A stretch of DNA of 64,000 nt from Pseudomonadota bacterium. GTDB lineage: Bacteria; Myxococcota; JACRCW01; JAFGSX01. Below are positions 48,901 to 57,000 of this stretch, one piece after another (within the stretch, counting starts at the first letter, position 1; every line of letters begins with the position of its first letter). A program made the translations under genes and the position numbers. The notes under the pieces are model-generated. The model had not been told where the DNA came from, ran no database searches, and saw only the letters and a program-made list of their open reading frames with translations. The stretch lies in contig JBDRCO010000003.1 of assembly GCA_043821645.1 (NCBI GenBank), positions 255,936-319,935 on the forward strand. The letters run 5' to 3'.

Positions 48901-50376
48901 GGTGATGTCCACGCCGAGGGCGCTGGTGTAGCGGATGGGGGTCCTGGTGTAGCCGGCGGTGCGCGCGAACCCGACCGGGGCAAAGCCGCATTCGAGATCG
49001 ATGTCCGAATCGAGCAGCAGGGTATCGTCGACCACGTAGTCGCTGCCGGTGGTTGCCACCACGACCGCGCCGGGGAAGCTCGGATGGTCGCCGCTGCCCC
49101 GGGCCTTGAAGTTGACCAGTGCATCCGCGACGTTGTTGCAGGGGTGGCCCACCGCGCCACAGAAACCATGGCGGGGCGGCGTCCCGGCATAGCCGGTGCC
49201 CTGGTAGGCGGTGAGGTTGCTGACGTAGGGCCCGCGCTCATCCAGGATGGTGACCACCATGGTGTCGCTGGCCGTGGCGCTGTCCTGATCCGTCACCACC
49301 AGGGTGAGGGTGAGCGTCGTTCCCGCCGCTGGCCCCGCGTACACGTCGCGGTTGATGGTGAGCTGGGTGCTGCAGGCTCCGGCGTTGACGATGCTCACAC
49401 CGGTGGGCAGGGATCCCGTCCAGGCGCAGGGGCCGCTCCCGAGGTTGCCGTCGACGTCAGAGGCCACGCCGTCCAGACTCACGGCATCGCCCGGGTACAG
49501 GCTCTTGTCCGTGCCTGCTGCGGCGCCGGGACCGTGGTTGCCGACGGTCAAGGTGATGGCCGTGGTCGCCGTGCCGCCATGGCCGTCGCGAGCGTTCACG
49601 GTGATGGCGATGACAGTGCCCTTGGCCAGCCCCGTCTCGGTGACGGTCACGCTGCAGGTCGTGCTGTAGCCCGTGGGGCTGATGCTTGCGCCCGAGGTGG
49701 GCGTGGTGAACTCGCACTCGGGTGTGTCGCCGTCGGGGTCGGTGACCGCTGCCGACAGAGTGGTGCTGTTGACAAAGGGATTGCTGCCCGGAGTCGTGCT
49801 GTTGATCAGCGGATTTTGGTTGGCAGTCGCGGAGTCCGCCCCCGTGGCAGCGTCTGCACCCGTCGTGGCGTCGTTGCCCGTCGCGGCGTCGTTGCCTGTC
49901 GTGGCGTCGTTGCCTGTCGTGGCGTCGTTGCCTGTCGTGGCGTCGCTGCCCGTCGTGGCGTCGCTGCCTGTCGTGGCGTCGCTGCCTGTCGTGGCGTCGC
50001 TGCCTGTCGTGGCGTCGTTGCCTGTCGTGGCGTCGCTGCCTGTCGTGGCGTCGTTGCTTGTCGTGGCGTCGCTGCCTGTCGCGGCGTCGCTGCCCGCTGA
50101 GGCGTCCGCGGCAGTGGCATCCTGTCCACTCGCGTCCTGGGAGACAGCGGCATCATCCTGCGTCGCCGCGTCCCCGCTCGAACTGGTGTCGGCGCTGGTC
50201 AGGTCCATCCCCAGAGTATCCCGGCCCACCAGGTCCCCAACCATGGCGTCCGTGTTGCCCGCATCGTAGTGCGACGGTCCCGAATCGACCCCGCTCGGCG
50301 GCACATCGCCGCAGTCGCAGCTCGAAACGGTCATGGCCAGCAAGATTCCCCCGACGGCAAACGAGCGCATACGCAT
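45901..50376 (-). CDS. Very large surface lipoprotein: repeat stalk, PKD/Ig-like domains, right-handed beta-helix
   Basis: Signal ending SSCDCG; DPDGD and LTLVVTD Ig/PKD motifs; many (I/V)xGG..SxG beta-helix turns; C-terminal DIDGDAR..PDIGCDE. Confidence 0.88.
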   Translation of the reverse strand: MRMRSFAVGGILLAMTVSSCDCGDVPPSGVDSGPSHYDAGNTDAMVGDLVGRDTLGMDLTSADTSSSGDAATQDDAAVSQDASGQDATAADASAGSDAATGSDATTSNDATTGSDATTGNDATTGSDATTGSDATTGSDATTGSDATTGNDATTGNDATTGNDAATGNDATTGADAATGADSATANQNPLINSTTPGSNPFVNSTTLSAAVTDPDGDTPECEFTTPTSGASISPTGYSTTCSVTVTETGLAKGTVIAITVNARDGHGGTATTAITLTVGNHGPGAAAGTDKSLYPGDAVSLDGVASDVDGNLGSGPCAWTGSLPTGVSIVNAGACSTQLTINRDVYAGPAAGTTLTLTLVVTDQDSATASDTMVVTILDERGPYVSNLTAYQGTGYAGTPPRHGFCGAVGHPCNNVADALVNFKARGSGDHPSFPGAVVVATTGSDYVVDDTLLLDSDIDLECGFAPVGFARTAGYTRTPIRYTSALGVDITSAVRLRGCDIQGIEPAADFPGRVAVRVTDATVEILDSTLVGTRKSVSTQADSSIGLELHHASATDRSQVSNCTIQGGVATTYAVGLEVSDGVASLGAGGIPQISDNDVTGGEAAEVMGMQLRVATGGTGARALIAGNTVLGGAGSATDMTMAAGIVVLEGDPEVQGNPSITGCSQGYWCVGLYAGSTAASSLSLSHNVMAGNHAANAPTSGSAVGAFFENAGVTLSDNTFSGGYAATVAGAACNSTSIVSSGDSFTGGRAAALTGGVDDGFAFGLAVEASPSVRLVDATIAATTPTSTTPTTYYAFGVNAASPSTVHIESSTVTTGDAQWVAVGVGAAINDPSLTLISTDVTAGNVLQDGTSPAGDPSVSFAVSSAAKASTLFGGDYVAGNAGSLSVGVAHWTGSLTRSGGTITAGTARDGSEPTLGNSIGLWHEAGTLIVQPDDTGEPHIDGGMAAQYSNGIAMECSGAVSVTPHSINRAVVGSSTGLGSSGIRITSCGAVTLQSVVVTGGQASDGTAYALSASNTTLTLTGGNYIAGPSLTGSSYGVFTTNCDISSSSTLALAGEAATGSQGMRVQDGVLTATNLIATGGAADSSLAGGTARSMGLHLANADGSSVNGGTLTGNRAQGNASADSCGLRLSTGNIDGISLRDLTIVGGTAQGNAYGLVATTNLSGAVITGNTIRAGAGDASFGVLLQHTFVPSADVDNIIRGNTIQAGAGYGNGSYGLQMGECRRCRMDGNFITGGDQANGTGPSVGASFYARTQWETGGDVANYGYVTNNVIRAGMGFETRGLEVGGNAGDNYRFLHNNIHASGMPGAVGAVSYGVYLGQLVASGLSKVAVFAGNIVDAGTGTPSYGFYENCVVGSGGTPDYAVPFRAANTDFWPAIGDGQVPDPTAYVYRITTPATCAATLYATDVQVNADTGPYQGTAPFNLSYASDPTFLADGYHIGNGSFLREKSLETTSWWDTSLLGTLGDIDGDARHNGGLFPDIGCDEVP
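49825..50094 (-). repeat. Coding tandem repeat, 15 x 18 bp encoding G(S/N/A)DA(T/A)T-type units
   Basis: Units such as GTCGTGGCGTCGCTGCCT repeated head to tail without spacers. Confidence 0.95.
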
Positions 50377-50663
50377 GGCATCACCCCTCGGAAATGAGAC
50401 AGCAATGTGCTGAGACCGGCGATTTTACTCGATCGAGCTTGAGTTTCCAGCGGCAAGAGCGTGCGGGGGATCACAACTTGGGCGACGAGCTACCACCCCG
50501 ACTCAGCAAGCAGCATGACGTGCTGGTGTCCAGATCGCGGGGCGCGATGTGACAGGCCAGACCGTGCACAGACCATGCGGTTCGACGACGCGGCGTTGTT
50601 CAGTGTCATCCGCTCAGGAAAAAACAAACAGATTAAGTGGGAATTGTGCCAGACCGACTCGGC

Positions 50664-50693
50664 TTGACCCCGGCCCGACATCATCGCTACTGT
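50664..50693 (+). promoter_or_regulatory. Putative sigma70 promoter of the thiolase-DUF35 operon
   Basis: TTGACC-N18-TACTGT downstream of an A-rich tract. Confidence 0.45.
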
Positions 50694-50942
50694 CCGCTGC
50701 CGTGCTCACGATGGCTGCTGTCAAGCCCCGTGGATTGCCCGAATCGGTCGAGGTTGCGAGGGTGATACCTCCCCAAAAAGGGAGGAGCAGAGCTGGATCG
50801 CGGATGCCGCAGTGGGTATCGACGCCGAGCACCCGCAGGGAGCACGGCGACACAGAGATTGCCGGCGGGGAGAGGCCCCGGCGAGTTTTGTTCGACAGGG
50901 GAGGGGCTCCTCGAGAGCCCCTGCCAAAACCAAGGAGGATCG

Positions 50943-52304
50943 ATGAGGCCTGTCTACACGGTGTCGGGAGGCGTCAGCAAGTTCGCCAAGGCGAGACCCG
51001 ATAAAACTTTTCAGGGGATCATCCGCGAAGCCTTTGATTTTGCGATCAAGGACATCGGGCTCGACGCCAAGACCTTCATCGAGGTCTGTGATGGCTCGGT
51101 GGCCTCGTACTTCTCGGATCACTTCCAGCGCCAGCTCATGAGCGGCATCATGGGCACCGACTACCTTGGCCTGGTGCCCAAGCCCAACCACCGCGTCGAG
51201 GGTGGTGGCGCCACGGGCGGTCTGTCCTTCCAGGAAGGTTGGAAGAGCGTCGCCTCCGGGCACATGGATGTTTGCTTGGTGTTTGGCTTCGAGACCATGA
51301 GTCACGTCGAAACCTGGAAGGGCAACGAGTTCATCGCCCTCGCCAGCGACGTGTCCTTCGACTACCCGGTGGGCGGCTTCTACTCGGGCTACTACGCCAT
51401 GATGGTGACCCGCCACATGAAGGAGTTCGGTACCACCGTCGAGCAACTGGCTCACGTGTCGGTCAAGAACCACATCAACGCGCTGCACAACCCCTACTCG
51501 CAAAAGCACGACAGGCTGACCATCGCTGACGTGCGCAAGTCGCCCATGGTGGCCTGGCCGCTGACCCGGCGCGACATCTGCGTGATGAGCGACGGTGCGG
51601 CCGCGACCATCCTGTGCAGCGAGAAAGGTCTCGAGAACCTGCGCAAGGCCGGCGCCAAGATCAAGAAGCCGCTGGTCAAGGTCACCGGTATTGGCCGTGG
51701 TACCGACGCCATGCGCATGTCCGACCGCCCCCACGTCAACTACGACACCTTCATGAAGAAGTACGCCACCGAGAGCGAGCAGAACTCGAACGAGACCAAG
51801 ACCTACTACAAGGGTCTGTTCAAGAAGGGCTTCCGCTATCCCGGCGTGCACAGCTTCCGCGCTGGCCGCACTGCGGGCAACATGGCCTACAAGCATGCAG
51901 GGCTCTCGGATCCGCTCAAGGAGCTGGACTTCGTCGAGCTGCATGACGCCTACACCTCGAGTGAGATCCAGACCTACGAGGATCTGGGTCTGTGCCGTTA
52001 CGGCGAGGGCGGACCCTTTGCCGCCTCGGGCAAGGCCCACGTCGCCGCGGTCGACTACGGGCTCAAACTCAAGAGCAAGCCCCAGTGCCCGGTCAACCCG
52101 TCAGGCGGACTGATCGCCTGCGGTCACCCGGTCGGTGCCACCGGCCTCATGCAGGCCGTGTTCTCCCTGTGGCAGCTGCAGGGCACGATCAAGAAGCACT
52201 TCAAGGACGGCGCGCTGCAAATCCCCGACGCCAAGCGCGGCGCCATTCACAGCCACGCAGGCACCGGCACCTACGTCACCGTGACCGTGATGGAGAAGGA
52301 GTGA
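50943..52304 (+). CDS. Thiolase-superfamily protein (SCP2/archaeal type) lacking the nucleophilic Cys
   Basis: VEGGGATGG in place of ExACASG; VKNH.NA..NP, SDGAAA, ELHDAY, VNPSGGL..GHPVGATG; AGGAGG RBS. Confidence 0.9.
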   Translation: MRPVYTVSGGVSKFAKARPDKTFQGIIREAFDFAIKDIGLDAKTFIEVCDGSVASYFSDHFQRQLMSGIMGTDYLGLVPKPNHRVEGGGATGGLSFQEGWKSVASGHMDVCLVFGFETMSHVETWKGNEFIALASDVSFDYPVGGFYSGYYAMMVTRHMKEFGTTVEQLAHVSVKNHINALHNPYSQKHDRLTIADVRKSPMVAWPLTRRDICVMSDGAAATILCSEKGLENLRKAGAKIKKPLVKVTGIGRGTDAMRMSDRPHVNYDTFMKKYATESEQNSNETKTYYKGLFKKGFRYPGVHSFRAGRTAGNMAYKHAGLSDPLKELDFVELHDAYTSSEIQTYEDLGLCRYGEGGPFAASGKAHVAAVDYGLKLKSKPQCPVNPSGGLIACGHPVGATGLMQAVFSLWQLQGTIKKHFKDGALQIPDAKRGAIHSHAGTGTYVTVTVMEKE

Positions 52305-52307
52305 GCC

Positions 52308-52835
52308 ATGGCCAAGCTTCCTAGCCGCATCGAAGAGAATCTCGAAGGCCAGATCGTCTTCAAGCTGCCCTTTCCCAAGGACCTGTCGCAGCTCAAGGAC
52401 ATGGCCCCCATCGTCATCAAGCAGCCCTACCACATCAACTACCTGCATTCTTACGGTCAGGACTCGCCGTTCTTCGCGGCGCTGACCAATAAGATGATCC
52501 TGGGAACCAAGTGCCAGGACTGCGGGCATGCCTTCGCCACCCCGCGCATGCACTGCATGGAGTGCGGCGGCCCCTGCGAGTGGACCAAGCTGCCCGACGA
52601 GGGCACGGTGCACTGCTTCACGGTCTGCCACTTCGGCAGCGAGGAGTTCTTGCCCGAGTGCCCGTTCGTGCTCGCGCTCATCGAATTCAAGGGCTTCGAT
52701 ACCCTGTTCCTGACCCGCCTCATGGGCGTGGATCCGGACCAGGCAGACCTCAAATGGATTGGCATGAAGGTCAAGCCCAAGTTCAAGCGCAATGCCAAGC
52801 TCAAGCCGACCGACGTGTATTTCATTCCGGCCTGA
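52308..52835 (+). CDS. DUF35 Zn-ribbon/OB-fold protein
   Basis: CQDCG..PR.HCMECG, GTVHCFTV, PFVLALI, IGMKVKPKF; 3 nt after the thiolase stop. Confidence 0.92.
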   Translation: MAKLPSRIEENLEGQIVFKLPFPKDLSQLKDMAPIVIKQPYHINYLHSYGQDSPFFAALTNKMILGTKCQDCGHAFATPRMHCMECGGPCEWTKLPDEGTVHCFTVCHFGSEEFLPECPFVLALIEFKGFDTLFLTRLMGVDPDQADLKWIGMKVKPKFKRNAKLKPTDVYFIPA

Positions 52836-52872
52836 TGCTGGCAGATCCTGTCCTGGTCGCTATGCTGAGGAC

Positions 52873-53877
52873 ATGAGCCAGGACCCGCAGACCCCCGTTT
52901 CCGAAAATCGAACTCCCCGGATCACGAGGCGTCGCCTGCTCACCGCGGGCGGCGCTCTCGTGGCCACGGGTGTGGCGGGAGCAGCTGGCCTCGTCGTCGT
53001 GGATCGCTGGCAGCGCCACGGCCGCGACACCACCGGGGGCATTCGCGACCACCGGGTCCAGGTGTCGTCGCTGGTGCCTCCCCTGGTGATTGCCCGCGGG
53101 CCGGATCCTGCGCGCAACGTGCGGGCGGTCATCGAGCGCCTGGGCGGCCTGACGCCCTTCCTGACCCACGACGATGTCGTCGTCATCAAGCCCAACATCG
53201 GCTGGTCGAGCACACCGGAGCAGGGCGCCAACACCCACCCCGATGTGGTGGCCGCGGTGGTGCGCGCCTGTCTCGACGCCAGGCCAGCGCGGGTCATCGT
53301 CAGCGACTGTCCGGTGCGCAAGTCCCGCAAGGCTTTCGAGCGCAGCGGAATCCTGGCTGCGGCCCAGGCCGCGGGCGCCGAGGTGATCATCCCCGAGGAC
53401 AGCACGCACCGCGTGGTGCGCATCTCCGAGCGCCTGGGGACCTGGGATATCCTCGAGCCCTTCGTCGTCGCCACCAAGATCATCAACGTACCTGCAGCCA
53501 AGCACCACGAGCTGATGGGTGTCTCGGCGGGCATGAAGAACTGGATAGGCATCACCAACAAGCTGCGCCTCACCTTCCATGAGGACCTGCAGCGATCGAT
53601 TGCCGAGCTGGCCGCCCTCATGCTTCCGACCCTGACCATCGTCGACGCCACGCGCATCCTGATGTCCGGCGGCCCCGAGGGTGGTAGCCCGGACAACGTC
53701 AAGAAGCTGAACACCATCGTGGCCAGTCTCGATCCCGTCGCCGTCGATGTCTGGGCCTTTGCCCAGTTCGGGGTCACCACGGACGCGCTGCCTGCCTACC
53801 TGGGTCATGCCCAGGGCATGGGGCTGGGCACGATGGACTTCGCGGCGTTGCAGCCTGTCGAGCTGGCGGCAGGGTAG
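52873..53877 (+). CDS. DUF362 family protein with Tat signal
   Basis: TRRRLL twin-arginine motif; VVIKPNIGW, NTHP, INVPAAKHH, MKNWIG, DPVAVD. Confidence 0.88.
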   Translation: MSQDPQTPVSENRTPRITRRRLLTAGGALVATGVAGAAGLVVVDRWQRHGRDTTGGIRDHRVQVSSLVPPLVIARGPDPARNVRAVIERLGGLTPFLTHDDVVVIKPNIGWSSTPEQGANTHPDVVAAVVRACLDARPARVIVSDCPVRKSRKAFERSGILAAAQAAGAEVIIPEDSTHRVVRISERLGTWDILEPFVVATKIINVPAAKHHELMGVSAGMKNWIGITNKLRLTFHEDLQRSIAELAALMLPTLTIVDATRILMSGGPEGGSPDNVKKLNTIVASLDPVAVDVWAFAQFGVTTDALPAYLGHAQGMGLGTMDFAALQPVELAAG

Positions 53878-54011
53878 AGGCCGGCGCTTTTCGGCGTCAC
53901 GTCCGGCACATTCGATGAACCATGGCGTGCCCTTGCCGGGGCTTTGCTCGGCGCCCCATCGCGATAGGATGTGCGCCAGCCTGATCTGACCTGGATGTTC
54001 CCGGAGGACAC

Positions 54012-57000
54012 ATGACCTCGACCTCGCTCGTGGCCTTGCTGGCCCTGCACCTCGCGGCCGCCTCGCCCTCGACGCGGCTCCCGGCCGACTATCTCAAGCT
54101 CAAGCAGCAGGCGGAGCAGAAGCACGCCCAGGGTGCCTACCAGCAGGCCCTCGAGCTCTACCAGAAGGCCTCGCCGGCCAAGCTACCCCCGGCCGAGAAG
54201 CGCTGGATTGAGTTCCGCCTCGCGGATGCGAGCTGGCGTTCGACGGCTGCCGCACACCGCACGGACTCGAGCGACTTCGAAAAGGCCATCGCCGAACTCA
54301 CCCGGCTGGCCAGCGAGGTGCAGCGCGAGCAGGACCGCGACCTGGTGTGGGCCGAGGTGCAGGAATCCCTGGGCGACTACAACTGGCTGCCGGACCATAC
54401 CCGCAACTGGTACACCGCCTGGCAGCACTACCAGCTGGCCCTGGACTGGTGGGCGGGCTCGTCACAGATGGAGCTGGCGCGGCGTCGCTACCTGCGCATG
54501 GCCATCGCCTGTGCGCGGCCACCCTGGCGAGAGTCCGACTACACCTACGGCTACTACGGCAACGAGCTGCCTTTCGAGGTGGTTGAGAATCTCAAGCAGC
54601 TCGCGCGCAGCCGCGAGGAGCAGGCCCTGGTCGCCTACCTGTGGGTGCATGCCCTGCAGACCTCGGGCGAGTACGAGCAGCTGGTGCAGCTCTCCGGCGC
54701 CTTCGACGCCGCCCTCAGGCAAGGCAGGGGCACCGACTGGTACGACGATCTGCTGTACGGTTACGCCCAGTTTCTCGAGAGCCAGGGCCGCATCTGGCAA
54801 GACGCAGATGGCAACTGGATGCAGGAGCCGGATTTCGCCAGGGCTCTCGAGATCTATCGGCGCATCGTCAAGGAGTTCAAGCCCGGCCAGAGCGCCTTTG
54901 TCGACGAGGCCAAGGAGCGTATCGCCAGCATCACCGAGGTGGAACTGAGTCTGGGCGTGTCCAACGTGTTCCTGCCCGGCTCCGAAGCCGAGTACAGCCT
55001 GTCCTGGCGCAACCTCAGCACGCTCGACCTCAGCCTGACCCAGGTCGAGCTGACCGAGGTGGTGCAGCTGAAGACCGACGACAGCTCCGGGGCCTGGCTC
55101 GAGCGCATCGAGCTGGGACGCGGCAAGCGCGTCAAGGCCTGGACCCGCGAGACCAAGACCAAACCCTATACCTATGGCTCCGTCACCGAGCGCTTGCCAG
55201 GTGTCCTGGCGGCTGGCGCCTACGTGCTCGAGGTGCGCTCCGGCAAGCACAAGGCCCGCGATCTCGTCCTCGTCACCGAGGCCAGCGTGGTGCTCAAGAG
55301 CGCGGGCTCGCAGATGGTCGCCTATGTCTGCGATGCCCTGGGTGGAGCGCCCCTGCCTCGCGCCAAGGTCACAGTGCTGCAGCAGCAGTACAGGGATGGT
55401 CACTACACCTGGAAGCGGCACACCCTTTCTGCCGACGACCAGGGCCTCGCCGCACTGCGCTTCGACGGCGACGCCCAAGGTGCCGATCTCTTCGTCGCAG
55501 CGTCGCACCAGGGGCAGCAAGCCTTCACCACGGGATCGCGCAGCCGCGTGGGCAGTGGCAGCGAGAGTTTCAAGATCTACGTGTTCACGGACCGGCCAGC
55601 CTACAGACCCGAGGACGAGGTGCAGTTCAAGTTCATCGTTCGCACCTACCAGGACTCGGTCTACCGCACGCCCTCGGGGCAGGTCGTCGAGTACCAGATC
55701 GCGGACCCCCGAGGAGCCAAGGTCAGCGCGGGCACGCAGACGCTCAATGCCTTCGGCAGCGGCTGGGGGACCTTCAAGCTCGACGCCACCATCCCCCTGG
55801 GTGAGTACCGCATCGATTTCTGGAACGCCGGTCGCTCGCGCCACATCGGCAGTGCCGTGCTGTTCAGGCTCGAGGAATACAAGCTGCCCGAGTTTTTGGT
55901 GGCGGTGAAGACCCCGGAGAAGGACGGCCAGCCCAGGACCTTCCGCGTGGGCGACAGCGTCGAAGCCGAGGTGCAGGTCGACTACTACTTTGGTGGCGCT
56001 GTTGCCAATGCCGAGGTCGAGGTGGTGGTGTACCAGGCCGCCTTTTACCCGTCGTGGCGGCCGACCCGCGACTACCCCTGGTACTACGCCGACATCGACA
56101 GCGCCTACGATCGCGATTCTGGCTACGGCGGCAGCGAGCTCAAGCGTCTGCAGCTCAAGACCGACGCCCAGGGCACGGCCAGAGTTGTCTTCGACACACC
56201 TCGCGGGGTCCGACAGGACCTCGAGTATCGCATCGAGGCCCGGGTCACAGACTCCTCGCGGCGCGAGGTGGTGGGCAGCGGTCGCGTGCGTGTGACCCAG
56301 CAGTCCTTCTACGTGTTTGGTCAGTCTCGCCACCTCGTGCACCGGCCCTCGGACAAGGTGGTGGTCGACTTCACCGCCCAGGACGCCAACGAGCAGCCCC
56401 GACAGGTCGAGGGCACGGTCACCGTGAGCCGCGACTGGTGGTACGAGATCTGGACCGACAGCGACGGCAAGGAGTACACCGGTGCCGCCCTGAACGCGCT
56501 GCGCAAGAAGCCCTTCCCGCCGACTCCAGGCTGGCGCCTGAAGACCCAGGGCTACCAGCACGACGAGGTGCTGCGGCAGCCGCAGCGCACCGGCAAGGAT
56601 GGCAAGGCCGCGTTCAGCTTCGTGCCCAAGAAGGACGGCTACTACCGCGTCGAGTGGCGCAGCGTCGAGAAGGGCCGCAACCCCATCGTGGCCAGCACCA
56701 TGGTGTGGGTGGCCAGCCTGAACACCGCCGAGCTGGGCTACTACCAGGCCGGTCTCGAGATCATCCTCGACAGCGATACTGCGCGCGTCGGCCACAGCGC
56801 GCCCATCTTGATCGCGACCGACAGGCCGGGCCGCCACGTGCTGTTCACCGCCGAGGGCGACGACCTGTACCAGTTCAAGCTGCTCCGGCTCGACGGCACG
56901 GTGCAGAGAGTCGAGCTCGACATCGTCGATGCCTACGTGCCCAACCTGTTCGTGGGTGCGGCCATGGTGCACGACACGCAGCTGGTCTCGACCCAGAAGC

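Noticed and set aside
49825-50094. Tandem repeat as a CRISPR array
   Set aside because: No unique spacers, unit is six codons within a CDS, no cas genes
46462-50100. 1212-aa plus-strand ORF and similar long antisense ORFs (1288-3228, 10012-12363, 12403-14148, 54462-57110)
   Set aside because: Shadow frames opposite clearly recognisable genes, expected from high-GC codon bias; no motifs or RBS
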